Both the position numbers and the translations under genes were made by a program. Source: the human T2T-CHM13v2.0 reference genome, Homo sapiens. From it: a stretch of DNA of 64,000 nucleotides. How positions within the stretch are numbered: position 1 is the stretch's first letter; each line of letters begins with the position of its first letter. The stretch lies in the NCBI RefSeq assembly GCF_009914755.1, contig NC_060926.1; one strand, written 5' to 3'. Below, in pieces: positions 1-13,810 of this stretch. The notes under the pieces were generated by a model. It did not search any database, was not told the DNA's origin, and saw only the letters and a program-made list of their open reading frames with translations.

Positions 1-2029
1 AAATGTTAGTTCCTTGTGAAACTCTCCCTCCTACTGGCATGAGAGAATTCATGTATTTCTGAAAGTAAACAATTTCCTTCTTTCTGCAGACACAGACAAA
101 TAGAACACAAATCTTCACTGCAGGATTAAATGCTATGACGAAATCTAGTTGGGTTTGGGACAAAGAACAGAAGGATTACTTAAATGGTAGAATCATTGTG
201 GTGGGCTCCTGGCAAAGATGGGAACAGGGACAGAAGTAGAGACATTGGTTTTAAGCAAATGACTAAGCATGGATAACAGAGGCAGAAGTCTTAGGGAAAA
301 ATAAGTATTTTTGTAGAGGACTTCTGTTATTAAAGCAAAGTGTTGACTTCAAAATTTGACATTGCCATCAGGCATGAGAAGCAGAAGACTTTTGCTGGGT
401 CGAATATTGTTGTTCTGTGTACGGCACAGCAAGGGAACTTCCTGGATGTTCTAGGGAAGGGATGGGCAATCTTTGACCCTAAAGAGCCAGGTGGTAAAGA
501 GCTTATGGGCTATATGGTCTGACTTTACATTATAGCATGAAAGCATTGATAGACAATATGTAAACAAATGAGTCTGAGACAGTTCCAAACTTTATTTATT
601 GGACACTGAAATCTGGGTTTCATATAGTTTCCACATGTCTTGATACATATTTTTTGTCAACCATTTAAAAATGTAATAACCATTCTTAGATTGAAAGTTG
701 TACCAGAACAGGCAGTGAGATATATGTGGCCCTTTCACAGTTTGCCAAGCCCCGTTATATAGAGTGCAGCTTCTGTTCCTACAAGGAAAGGAGCAAGCTT
801 TTATGTCTAGATATTCTTCTGCAAGCAGCAACAAGCAGGCAGAGTGGAGAGTTATATGGGGAAGAGAAGTTTCCTTGGGCAAAGCCGTGTGATCTCTGCA
901 GAATTCTCAGCTCCTGCTGGCCCAATAATCATGGGCCTGAGCTTGACTAAAAAATATTATTTTTTGCTTCATGAATCAACATTTAATGATAATGTTTCTA
1001 CTTGATGTTTCAGTGACAAAAGTGCAAATTGTGCGTGAAATTGATGTACATTATTCCATAATGAAGTAATCTGAATAGAAAAACACATTAGGTATTTATA
1101 TTGACAACAAGCCATTTAAAACTATTAGGACATTTTGAAAAGGAGAACCATATCCCTGAAAACATGAATGACTGGAAATTGGAGCTATTTAGTTGTGACC
1201 AGGGAGATGGAGCATTCTGTTCCAGCACTGCCCAGTTGCCTTTATGGTCATAGATTTTAAAATGATGAAAGACAGTTTGTATCTCTTGTTCTGTGACATC
1301 ATTTTCTCAATGATAATAAATAGTGCATTCCTCTATAACTTCATTTACAACCTTCACCACACTTTGGGGCTCTGGAAATATGCTGATAAACAAATGGTTA
1401 TGAATTTGAATGTGAATTTGTGAAATACTCTGTGGATTTAAGTATCTTATTATTCAGATCTTGTGGGTACTCCACAAATTATTAAGCTTAAGTTATGCCA
1501 TGTCAATTCTGAAGTATCTGCCTTCCACCTTCTTTTAAAACTTTGCATTTTATACTCACCGATTCCATATCAGTTTCCACAAAAGTACATCCTCTTGTCA
1601 ATAAGCTTTTGTAGGTTTAAGATTAAATGTCAATGTAAGTGGCACTACTCTGTACAGATAATAGATTTTTAGAGCTTAAGGTGGCCTCAGAGATGACCTA
1701 ACCCAACTTCCTGATTTTACACCTGAAGGAAATGACAGCGAAGTGACTTTGTGATTCATTAGTTTCACCATTGGCCATAGGTGGTTTCTATTTCACCCTA
1801 TACTGAAACTTGGCCCTCCACTATACAGTCTGAAATACTTGGTCAGCGGTTTGTAAGAGAGACAAATTATTCTCAGCGTCTCTTCTGTAGCCTCTATTTT
1901 TCTCATAAATATATCTGAAAGATCAGGAAATCACAAGCGGGTTGGATTAGGAACTTTCTTTTCACTTAGCCCATGGCTTTGGATCTTGATGCTAGAAACT
2001 ATTCCATTAATATTGTTACTTGTTAAAAA

Positions 2030-2112
2030 AAAATTAAATTCGATTTTTAGATTTGGAGGTACATGTATGTGTTTATTCCATAGGTATATTGCATACTGGT
2101 GGGGATTGGGAT
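2030..2112 (-). mobile_element. Short L1 3' end fragment (L1PB-like)
   Basis: ttagatttggaggtacatgtatgtgttt...ggtatattgcatactggtggggattggg resembles an antisense L1 3' UTR. Confidence 0.55.
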
Positions 2113-2138
2113 GTTACCTTTACTAAGAGAGTAAATTG

Positions 2139-2498
<360 letters not shown>

Positions 2499-5350
2499 TT
2501 AGTATAAAGGCATCTAGTTGGGGCAACTGTGTCACACAGAGAATGGTCAATATTTGTCTTTGGGCAGGCAGCAAAACTGTGCGAAACTGCAGAACTAATC
2601 CCTGGATTTGGGGCAGGATCCAACTTTTGGGAAGAACTCTAGCAAGACATATCCACATCCTCAGCTGGGGTTTAGAGGGCTAGGAATGAGAATTTTCTAG
2701 AACTCATTCTAGGGGAGAGGAACCTAGAGAGAAGCCCAGAAACCTTGTAATGGAAAAAAGGCAATGAGAAAGGGGAGGAAAAGAAGCTGAGTAATTAAAC
2801 ATTTAAGCTCATATTTCCTCTGTGTGGCCTTAGGGAGTGAGTTCTCAATGCAGTCACTCAAACAGATATGCAGAGGTAGCAAAGGCAGGGTTGAGGGCAG
2901 TGGCCTGGTCTGCCCCTGTCACTCCAATGTAGATTATCCTTAATCATTGTGTATGAGCCTTGTCTGTTTTTTGCATGGTCTGTTGAGTCTAGCAATGCTT
3001 ACTTTCTCTGCAGAGATTTTCAATTTGGAAAGTTTTGTGATTCTGTGAAAACCAATTCTTCATGAAATCTGGAGACAACATTTTTTAACTGCTTTTATTG
3101 CAGAGGAAAGAATAGACAATAGCATTCCATATCATAAATTCCTATTACTAATATGGTAGAGCTATAGAAAATGAAATGGCCTTTTATGTATTTAAGTTTG
3201 CACTCATAGGGTTATCAGAGTATCAGCCAATGGGTTTTGCTTCAGCAATTCTTGTGTCGGCATTTGATTATTAGCACTAGTGCTATGTATAAATACCTAA
3301 ATCATAAAAAGTATTTAAAAAATATAACGTTTCCTTAAAACTCATTGAAAAACCCAGTCTCGGAGGTGGAAGTGATCTGGTCCTTTCTTGACTCACCTTT
3401 GCTCCCAGTAGATGAGCCTGCTTACCAGAGTGCTTTCTTTTGCTTGGTCTCAGTTCTGCTTTTGGGCAATTCCACAAGATCATAAGCAGGATCTTGGGTC
3501 AGCTTCATGCCCATCTTGCTGCTCTTTTTCCTGTTAACCAGGATGCCCATATGTGGATCTGGGTGAAGCTTCACATGCCTAACAATGGCATATCCTTATC
3601 GGTGCAATGATTATATTTACATCCCCAAGGTGGGAACTCAATAATTCCACTCTATAGGATCTAAGCTGATCTAATTTCTGGGAGTGCTGCTTGCTGAGAT
3701 GTAGTTACTTTGGGTGGGTTTTTGAACCCTGACTCATGTATAACTCTGGGCCTTTCTGACCTGTCATCCGAGGTTCCTTTCTGAATACCTGAAACCTACA
3801 TTCTATGTTTTGATCTCTAGTGCTATGCAAATTATGGGTGTGAAGCTTGATCTGCACAACCTATTTTCTTCACCTGTTTTCTACTTCTTTGCATTCTGTC
3901 GTGAACGTTAAACTTCTCTTACTTGTTATAAGAGTAAGAAGCCTCTTCTAGGATCTGATTCAGTCTTAGCGTACTTACTGCTCCCAAATCATTTCCTAGC
4001 CTCTATACAGATGCCAGTGTCTTGATTCCTTCACCCCTCCTGCCTTTTCTCTGGTTCTCTGGGTCCCTTAACAATCTCATCTCAATTATCTTGCTAACCA
4101 ATACCTTTTCAATACCTCTTGAATATCTAAAACTATCCTCATTCTTTCCTATCTCAATCCAAGACTAAATGTCAATGCCAGAAGCCTTCTACATTAAAAT
4201 AAAAACAAGAACCAAACCAAACCGAACTATACATACTTAAGAAACATTTAGAAGCACCCTACCATCATTGGATTAGTGAAAAAACAGGGTCGTATACCTA
4301 GATAGCCTTATATGCATTTATGTCACAGCCTGACCAGGTTTATTTTGATAGATTGCTGTCTACCTTAAAAGGAAATACTTTCTGCAGAGCTCCATGTACA
4401 ACATGAAAAACTACCTTTAGTTGTATTCATAAATAATATTTGAAGTAGAAAACAGTTTGCCTTACCAGAACCCTTCTTTACTTTGAAATGACTGATAAAA
4501 TTTCCTTAAAATATTTCAATGATATGAAAAATATGTTAGGACATTTTATTATTTATTGCTTTCGATATAACATGAACACAATGCCTGCAACTGGTTTTCA
4601 GAGGATTTGAGTTTTGATCATTTATCTTTTGATTTATTGGTTGGAAACATTTCCCTCACTGAGAGGCTTCTTTCATAAATTGTGGGATATCACACAGTTT
4701 GTAAAATAACCTGGAAAAAGAAAAGAAAGTAATAATTTTAAAAATCCATTTGATAATTTTAGCTGGATTTTGTCTTCTGATGTAGGCTTTCTTAAGCCTG
4801 TTGAGAGAGGCTTCTTTCAAAACTATTTTCTTTTTAATAAGAAGGAAAATTAACATAAACTTTATTTTTTAAATAAATTTTTAATTTAAGGCCCAGCATA
4901 TGGACTGTCTTGGTTAATATGCCATCTGTGTTTTAAAAGAATGGTATGCTACTGTTGGGGTATTCTTTGAATGTCAAATTATGGTTATTTTTCTATATGA
5001 TTACTAATTTTCTATGTACTTGTTCTATCAATTACTGAGAAATAAGTTTTTGAAATCTTCAATTATAATTACAAATTTGTACTCCATAAAATCTGTAGTT
5101 TTTTATTTATTTTTAAGTTCTATTTTTAGGTGCGCTCACATTTAGGGTTTTTATGCCTTCTTTATGAACTCCTTTACCATTATGATTCTTTTATCTTTAT
5201 CCTTGTTAATATATCTTCATTTAAAGTCTACTTTATCTAGTATTAATGTAACCACATCAGCTTTATGATTAATATTTGCCTGGCACATATTTTTCCACAA
5301 ACTTACTTTCAACATGTCTATATATTTTTTAATATGTCTTTATATTTGTA

Positions 5351-5684
5351 GCCTGCCTGCCTTCTTCCCTTCTTTCTCACCTCCCCTTCCCTCCCCTCCC
5401 CTCCCTCCCTGCCTCCCTCAGTTCTGCTTTTGGGCAATTCCACAAGATCATGAGCAGGATCTTGGGTCAGCTTCATGCCCATCTTGCTGCTCTTTTGCCT
5501 GTTAACAAGGATGCCCTATGTGGATCTGGGTGAAGGTTGCATTTACAACCTTCACCACACTTTGGGGCTCTGGAAATATGCTGGAAATATCCCTCCCTCC
5601 CTCCCTCCCTCCCTCCCTCCCTTCCCTCCTTCCTTCCTTCCCTCCTTCCTTCCTTCCTTCCTTCCTTCCTTCCTTCCTTCCTTC
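5351..5684. repeat. (CCCT)n/(CCTT)n polypyrimidine microsatellite split by a 174-bp insertion
   Basis: Visible directly on both sides of 5417-5590. Confidence 0.95.
5417..5590 (+). repeat. Composite templated insertion (copy of 3449-3568 followed by copy of 1342-1385)
   Basis: 5417-5535 matches 3449-3568 (3 substitutions, 1 indel); 5540-5583 matches 1342-1385 at 44/44. Confidence 0.95.
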
Positions 5685-5965
5685 GGACAGTATATAGTTG
5701 GGTCTTATATTTTATACAGTCTGACATGTCTACCTTTTAATTGGAATGTTTGGACTATTTATATTTTAGGAAAACATTTATTTAAGATTGGAGGATTGTA
5801 GTTACTTCTTCCTGAAATGTTTGATGATATTTACCAGTGAATTTCAGTTTCATTGATTTTTCTCTTTTGTTTGTCCACTTTATATTTCATTGATTTCCAC
5901 ATTTATTTTTTTATTTTCTGCTTTCTACTTACTTTGGGTTTATTTTGCTCTTATTTTACTAGCTG

Positions 5966-6137
5966 CTTTTTTTAAATTTTATTATTATTATACTTTAAGT
6001 TTTTGGGTACATGTGCACAACATGCAGGTTTCTTACATATGTATACATGTGCCATATTGGTGTGCTGCACCCATTAACTTGTCATTTAGCATTAGCTATA
6101 TCTCCTAATGCTATCCCTCCCCGCTCTCCCCACCCCA
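5966..6137 (-). mobile_element. 5'-truncated young L1PA 3' end
   Basis: attatactttaagt...gggtacatgtgcacaacatgcagg...cctaatgctatccctcccc; TSD-like ttattttactag on both sides. Confidence 0.92.
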
Positions 6138-6289
6138 TTATTTTACTAGTTTCTTAAAATGAACCTGGATTATTAATTTTAACTTTGCTTTTTCTCTAAT
6201 GTAAGCATCTCAAGATATATATTTTCCTTTAAGGATTGCTTTAGTTGTAACACACAAAGTTTATTTTAAAAATTAATTTATATTTTATG

Positions 6290-7750
6290 ATATTTTTCTT
6301 TATATTAAAATTAACATATAATTGTACATATTTATAGGGTACATAGTGGTGTTTTGATATATATATATAATGTATAGCAATCAGATCAGGGTAATTGGCA
6401 TATTCATTATCTCAATTATTTATGGTTTCTTCATGTTGGGAATATGCAATATCTTCCTTCTAGCTATTTGAATTTATGAATTATTAACTTTGGTCATTCT
6501 ACAGTGCTATAGAACACTATAACTTATTCTTTCTATCTAGCTGTAATTTTGTATCCTCTAACAAATCTCTCCCTATAACCCCCTTATTTCTACTCTTCCC
6601 AGCCTCTGGTATCTTCTGTTCTACTTTTTACTTCTATGAGATGAACATTTTTTAGCTTTCACGTATGAGTGAGAATATGCGGTGTTTCACTTTCTGTTCC
6701 TGGCTCATTTCACTGAACATAATGTCCTCCAGTTTCAACCATGTTCCGTGAATGACAGGATTTATTTTTTTTTAATGTCCAAATAGTATTCCATTGTGTG
6801 TATATACCACATTTTAAAAACTCATTCATCTGTTGTTAGACACCTAAGTTGATTTCACATATTGGCTATTGTGAACAGTGCTGCAACAAACATGGGAATG
6901 CAGATGTGTCATCTAGATACTGATTTTCCTATTCTTTGGATAAATGGCCAGCAGTGGTACTGCTGGATCTTATGGAAGTTCTGTTGACAGTATTTTGATG
7001 AGCCTCTGTACTATTCTCCATTGTAACCATACTACTTTACATTCCTACCAAGAGTGTATGAGTTCCCTTTTCAGCATTTGTTATTTTTTGTCTTTTTGAT
7101 AATAGCCATCCTAACTGGGGTGAGATGATACCTTGTTGTGGTTTTGATTTGCATTTCCCTGGTGATTAATGATATTGAGCATTTTTTTCATATATTTGTT
7201 GGCTATTTGTATGTCTTTTTTTTGGAGAAATGTCTATTCATATTATTTACCCATTTAAAAATCAGATTGTTTTTTGCTGTTGAGATGTTTGAATTTCTTA
7301 TATATTCTGGATATTAATCACCTATTTGATGGAGAGTTTGCAAATATTTTCTCCCATTCTGTAGGTTGCCTCTTCACTCTGATTGTTTCTTTTGTTGTGC
7401 AAAAGCTTTTTAGTTTGATATAATCTCATTTGTTTGTTGTTACTTTTGTTGCCTGTGACTTTGTGGTCTTCTTTATAAAATCTTTTCTCAGACCAATGTC
7501 CTGAAGCATTTCCCCTATGTTTTCTTCTGGTAGTTTATAGTATGGGGTCTTAAGTTCAGGTCTTTGATCCATTTTGAGTTGATTTTTCTATAGGGAAAGA
7601 GGTGGGGGGTCTAGTTTCATTCTTTTGCATGTATATATTTAGTTTTTTCAGAACCATTTATTGAAGAGACTGTCCTTTCCCCATTGTGTGTTCTGGATTC
7701 TTTTGGCAAAAATCAGTTGGCTATAGTTATAGGGACTAATTTCTGGCCAC
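6290..7750 (-). mobile_element. L1MA-type 3' UTR and ORF2 end
   Basis: aattgtacatatttatagggtacat...ctaactggggtgagatgatacc...ttgaagagactgtcctttcccc. Confidence 0.9.
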
Positions 7751-8214
7751 CCACGAAGTTTAATTTGTTGTATTTTCATTATTCAGGTAAAAATATTTCT
7801 ATTTGCTTTGGTAATGTTTTCCTTTTACTCATGTTTTACTTAGAATTATGTTGTTTAATTTTCAAATATTTGGGGATATTACAGATATAATTTTGTTACT
7901 GATTTCTAATATAATTCTATTTTAGTTAGAAAATGTATTCTGTATGTTTTCAATCATTTGAAATTAAGGTATGTTTTCTGACCCAACATATGGTCTATCT
8001 TGTGCACATCAAAAGAATGCAATTGCTTTGAGTAGTGGTCTCTATAATTTCAATTAATTTCATTTAGTATTTTAAAATTGTTTAACAGTGCATTTCACAT
8101 CATCAAGATCCTTTGATTTTTTTAAAACATTGTGATATGCTCCTCTTTGTTTTTACTGTTATTCCTTTTCTTGAAGCACTTTTTGTCTAATTTTTAAATA
8201 TAATCAGTCTGTTT

Positions 8215-8384
8215 ATAAAAAGATGTCCATCTGCAAGTTAGAAAGAGAGCCCTCCCCAGAGACTGAGTTGGCCAGCACATTTTTCTTGGACTTTCCAGAC
8301 TCCAGAATTGTGAGAAATAAATGTCTGTTATCTTAGTTACCCAGTGTATGGTATCTATAATAGCAGCCTTAAGTGACTAAGACG
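8215..8384 (+). mobile_element. MLT1/MST MaLR LTR 3' part
   Basis: ccagaattgtgagaaataaatgtctg...tagcagcc...gactaagac. Confidence 0.75.
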
Positions 8385-8413
8385 TACCTCTTTGTGTACA
8401 ACGTAAAACTCTT

Positions 8414-8795
8414 TGATATGGTGTGCCTGTGTCTCCACCCAAATCTCTTCTGGAACTGTAGTTCCCATAATCCCACTGTGTTGTGAGAGCGACCCAGTGG
8501 GAGGTAATTGAATCATGGGTGGTTACATCCATGCTGTTCTTGTGATAGTGAGTGAGTTCTCATGAGACCTGATAGTTTTATAAGTGGTATCCCTCTATCC
8601 CCGGCCTTTGCTCTGCATTTCTCCTTGCTGCCACCATGTGAAGAAGGACATGTTTGCTTCCCCTTCTGCCATGATTGTGAGTTTCCTGAGGCCTCACCAG
8701 CCATGCTGAACTGTGAGTCAATTAAGCCTCTTTCCTTTATGAATTACACAGTCTCGGGTATGTCTTTATTAGCAGCATGAGAACAGACTAATACA
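8414..8795 (+). mobile_element. THE1 solo LTR (MaLR)
   Basis: TGATATGG...GACTAATACA termini; 5-bp TSD ctctt/ccctt. Confidence 0.93.
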
Positions 8796-9014
8796 CCCTT
8801 ACACTGCAGTGATTCCATTTACTTCTTTCCTATAATTGCTCCTGTAGTTGTCACATATTTACTTCTACGTATGTTTAAAACCCACAATTCACTGCCATTA
8901 TTTTTGCTTTAAACAGACTTTCAAACAAATTTTAAAAATGAGAAAAGATTTTTAAAATATTTTCTCATATATTCACCATTTTCAGTGCTCTTTATTCTAC
9001 CCACTTTTTTTTTT

Positions 9015-9335
9015 TTTAATACCAGTTAATAAGTATTTTAGGCTTTGCGGGCAATACAATCTGTGTCATAATGACTCATCTACGCTCATGTGAGTAAAAT
9101 AAGCCATAGATAATTTATAAACAATTGAGCATGGCTGAGTTCCAATAAAACTTTATTTGTAAATACCAAACTTTAAATTTCATATATTTTTACTAAACTT
9201 TGAAATTTACATAATTTTCAAAATATTATTCTTTTGATTTTTCTAATTATTTCAATATGTTAAAACTATCTTACCTTATGGACCACATAAAAGATGGCTG
9301 GATTTGGCTTATAGTTTATAATTTGCTAACTTCTG
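9015..9335. mobile_element. MER58B-like hAT-Charlie DNA transposon
   Basis: tattttaggctttgcgggc...gcatggctgagttccaataaaactttattt...ggctggatttggc. Confidence 0.75.
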
Positions 9336-10254
9336 CTATAGATCCATGTTTATTTGTGGTACTATTAAGCCTCAACTTAAAGGCTTAATAGTAATATTCT
9401 GCAATATTCTTTAGTAATCTGTAATATTCTTTAGTGCGGATTTACTAATGACACTTTTTTGGTTGTTATTTGTCTGAAAATCAACTTATTTCTCCCTCAA
9501 TTTTGAACAATATTTTCATGGGCTATAGGATTCTAGGTTGACAGGTTTTTGTTTTTCAGCACTTAAAAGATGTTGTTCTGTTGTTTCCTGGTTAGTCATA
9601 TCTCTATGCTCTGTTTCCTCTGCCACAAAGTGAAGTCTTTGGTTTCCACAGCTGCATCTTGGAAAGGTAGAATACTTTTTGCAAATGCAAAAATCACCTC
9701 CTATGTTTCTCTTCTCTTATGAGCAGCCTACATTGCCTATTTTCTAGTATCTAAAAACAGTTACTTTACATAGTTTGTTTAGTTATCTATTTATTTTTAC
9801 CATGAGAATACATCCTATACCTGTGATTTTTGTCATGGACAGATCCAGAAATCTTTTGTATATGTTTAAAATAGAAGTGGTGATTAGCTTACATTGTATT
9901 CATACAAAATCATATTTGAATCCCAAGAAATGTTTAATATTTAAATTTCACTTTGTCTTTTCAAAACCTTTAAAAATATAAGTCCTAGACCATTGGATTA
10001 TGAGGCTGTAGCAAAGGGTTACCTTAGGCCATGAAACTTGAGTGTTATAACATCAACCAATCAACATTTATTGAGCATCACCTATGTACCAGATGCTGGT
10101 GGATCTCAGAATTGTTGCTCTTGCAAGTTCAATATTATATAATAAATCTTGATATTCTAATACCACTTTTTGAAGAAAAGTTGAATAATGTCACAAAAAC
10201 AAACAAGATTCCATAATTCTAAAGCATTGGGAGCTGGGCTCTCTGCAAAAAATG

Positions 10255-10323
10255 AATTAAATAATTACTGAGAATTACTGAGAAAAAAATAATTACTGAG
10301 AATTAAATAATTACTGAGAATTT
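10255..10323. repeat. Short degenerate tandem repeat (aattactgag x4)
   Basis: Directly visible. Confidence 0.85.
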
Positions 10324-12561
10324 TAGTCCTAACTCTGTTGGAATGATACTACGAAGTTCACATAATCCTTTTAAGCCTTACTTTCCTTTTCCATAGCATG
10401 AAGCTGTTATGCTCAATGACCTTTAAAGTTCCCTTTCATATCTAAAATTTGTGATTTTCTGTATGTCCTTGTGTGACTTGTACTTTCTTCTGCCTTATTC
10501 AATTAGGACATAAATAGAAAAGCATAATATTTTTGAGATTCTGCATTCTGAAGGCGGTCTTGATTATTTAAAATAGGAAATGTTAGAGTGCATTTAAGTT
10601 GCAAAAAAAGATTTTCTAAACATAATAGCTAGTTACTTACATATATGCTTTTATGTGTCTTCTGAGTCATATCCACTCTCAATAGTTGCTGACAAAACAA
10701 GATTTTACTGCTGAAAGAGCAGCAGATCTAATATTGCTGCAAAAGAGCAGGCTGAATTTTATTTTGCCTTGGGTCATCGATAAAATTCTAGTCATTCTCT
10801 GATCCTACACTCTTTATTGTTCCCCATGACACATCATAGGTAAAAGAAAGCTTTGCTTTTGCAGGAATTGCAAAACTTTAAATGAAGAACTGGAAAACAC
10901 CTAAAATGTCCCATGTAAGTCTTAGAGAGCTTGGAAAACATTCTCCTGGACTTAGGGGCACATGCAAATGGGTGTGTCTTTGTTGGGTAATGCTGACAGC
11001 TGTAACATATAGACCTACATATAAAATGGCTTGCAGTAATAGGAATTTGTTTCTTGTGCTTGTAGCTCTCTCTGGCAGGTGAGCATGTCACCAGCGAGGT
11101 TTCCTTCTTGTGGTCATTCAGGAATGCCCATCGATGGAGGCTCTGCCATTATTCAGGGCCTTCAGCAGATCAGGACTGTGCCAATATAACATCTTGTTTC
11201 CATGGCTGCTGCAGATATATCCATCCCACTGAATTAGAAGGGGAAAAGAGCATGGATAAATTTTTGAGATATTTTTATGGGCCTGTCTTTAACCCTGTTG
11301 ACTTCATCTATCTGAAAGCAAAATGGAGACATCTTAGAACCAGGAAAAAAGCCAAGTCTGTATGACTCCAGAACTCATGTTCTTAGCTACTTTTTTTACC
11401 TTTTTTTGTGTGATCTTGAAGTATTTGTTCAACTCTGGAACTCTACAAAATAATCTCTTATTATAACTCAATCTTGAAATGAACTTGCACTGATGGAGAG
11501 CAATAAAATTTTATTTGTATGTTTCCTATAATTTTCCTGATTTTTCCACAGAGACCCCATTTCTGTCTTTCCACTCAGCTCTAGAAACTGGATGTGAGAG
11601 CAGAGTTCCTCATTTTGCTGACTTGGAGATCTATGCTTGCCCTGGGAAATGAAAGGAACATGGATGGGCACGCAATCCAATATCAGCAGCTGCTTCTTTC
11701 TTGGGGCCGCAAGTTTCATATATGTCAAGGAAGATGGGTTTTAAAACTCTCTAAGTTAATCCATAGCCCTTTTATATGAAAGGGGTCTTTCACCTCTTTT
11801 TCTTCTGGATCAAAGAGGCTGAAAAGATTTCTTTATTTGCAATAGTATTTACTAGCCAATAACCTTAAGTTTTATGTAAAAATTCACTTCGCACAGGTGT
11901 CTGCTTTAAGGTAAAAAAAATCTCAATAATTGTTAGTGTTCAATTTTTAAGTCCCCAGAAGTATTTCTGTATTCTTCAATGCATGCAACTCAATTTCCAG
12001 ATGTGCCCCTTGAGGCTCTTCTGCTTTTTGTTATTTTTCTGGGCAGCCATCTCATAAGTCTCATCAACAGAACACATAATTTCAACTGTCCAGAGACTAT
12101 ACTACATTTATATGGTATTGCTAAGATGAAAGACACTTTCCATCTGTCAAAAAATTGAGGCAGACTTGCCAAATGTCTTGCTTCTTTTAAAAACATATTC
12201 ATCTGATATTGTTTGGATATTTGTCCTCTCAAAATATCATGTTGAAATTTGATTCCCAATGTTGGAAGTTGGGGGTCTAATGGAAGGAGTTTGGGTTATG
12301 GGGGTGGATCCGTCATGAATGTCTTGGTGCCATCCTTGTGGTAATGAGTAAGTTCTTGCTATATTAGTTCCCTAGAAAAATGATTGTTAAAAAGGGTCTA
12401 GAACTACCCACCCCCTGCTTCTGCTGTCTCATCGTGTGACTTCTGAACATGCCAGCTCCCCTTTGCCTTCCACCAGGAATGGCAGCAGTCTGAAATCCTT
12501 CCCGGAAGCAGCTGCCGGTACTGTGCTTCTTGCACAGCCTGCAGAACTGTAAAGCAAATAA

Positions 12562-13003
<442 letters not shown>

Positions 13004-13072
13004 TAGATATTTCTTCATAGCAACACGAATGGACTAAGACAGAAAATTGGTCCTGAGGAGTAGAGTGCGGCT

Positions 13073-13378
13073 ATAATCCCAGCACTTTGGGAGGCCAAGG
13101 CAACTGAATTGCTTGAGCCCAGGAGTTCAAGACCAGCCTGGGCAACATGGTGAAACCCTGTCTCCACCAGAAAAACAAAAATTAGCTGGGCGTGGTGGTG
13201 CATGTGCCTGTAGTCCCATCTGCTCAGGAGGCTGAGGTGGGAGGATTGCTTGAGCCTAGGTCCGAAGGTCAAGGCTGTAGTAAGCCATGATTGCACCACT
13301 GCACTCCAGCCTGGGCAACAGAGTGAGACTCTGCTTCAAAACAAACAAACAAACAAAACAACAACAACAACAACAAAA
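13073..13378 (+). mobile_element. Alu (AluJ-like) lacking its first ~25 nt
   Basis: Starts at taatcccagcactttggg; gagcccaggagttcaag; (CAAA)/(CAA) tail. Confidence 0.93.
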
Positions 13379-13380
13379 AC

Positions 13381-13810
13381 TCATTAGTTTTGTTTGTGAT
13401 TAATCATATTTATTCATTTGTATATGTTGAATCAACCTTGTATTCCAGGGATAAAGCCTACTTGATTGTGATGGATAAGCTTTTTTTTTTTTTTTTTTTT
13501 TTTTGAGATGGAGTCTCACTCTGTCACCAGGCTGGAGTGTAGTGGCATGATCTCAGCTCACTGCAACCCCTGCCTCCCAGGTTGAAGCAATTTTCCTGTC
13601 TCAGCCTCCTAACTGGGACTACAGGTGCATGCCACCACACTCAGCTAATTTTTGTATTTTTAGTACAGACGGGGTTTCACCATGTTGGCCAGAATGGTCT
13701 CAATCTCTTTACCTTGTGATAAGCCTGCCTCAGCCTCCCAGAGTGTTAGGATTACAGGTGTGATCCACTGCACCTGGCCTAGATAAGCTTTTTGATGTGC
13801 TGCTGGATTT
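13381..13810 (-). mobile_element. L1 ORF2 fragment, antisense, split by an Alu
   Basis: ttgaatcaaccttgtattccagggataaagcctacttg...ggataagc / tttttgatgtgctgctggattt. Confidence 0.85.
13481..13780 (-). mobile_element. Alu (AluS-like)
   Basis: Full dimer; TSD gataagctt. Confidence 0.95.

Larger units (their letters stand above)
4880..5960 (-). mobile_element. Old L1 (L1M) fragment hosting a polypyrimidine tract and a templated insertion
   Basis: T-rich, degenerate antisense L1M-like sequence (ggcccagcatatggactgtcttgg..., ttgttctatcaattactgaga). Confidence 0.6.

Noticed and set aside
5417-5590. Interpretation of the insertion as a processed or back-spliced retrocopy
   Set aside because: Donor ends lack GT/AG, there is no poly(A) or TSD, and the junctions are explained by DNA microhomology
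5314-5801. ORFs with PSFL / KEGR repeats
   Set aside because: Translation of the (CCTT)n microsatellite and templated insert
10865-11078. Possible plus-strand exon (ttttgcag acceptor; gtaagt or gtgagc donors)
   Set aside because: Stops in all frames and ambiguous boundaries; such motifs are common by chance
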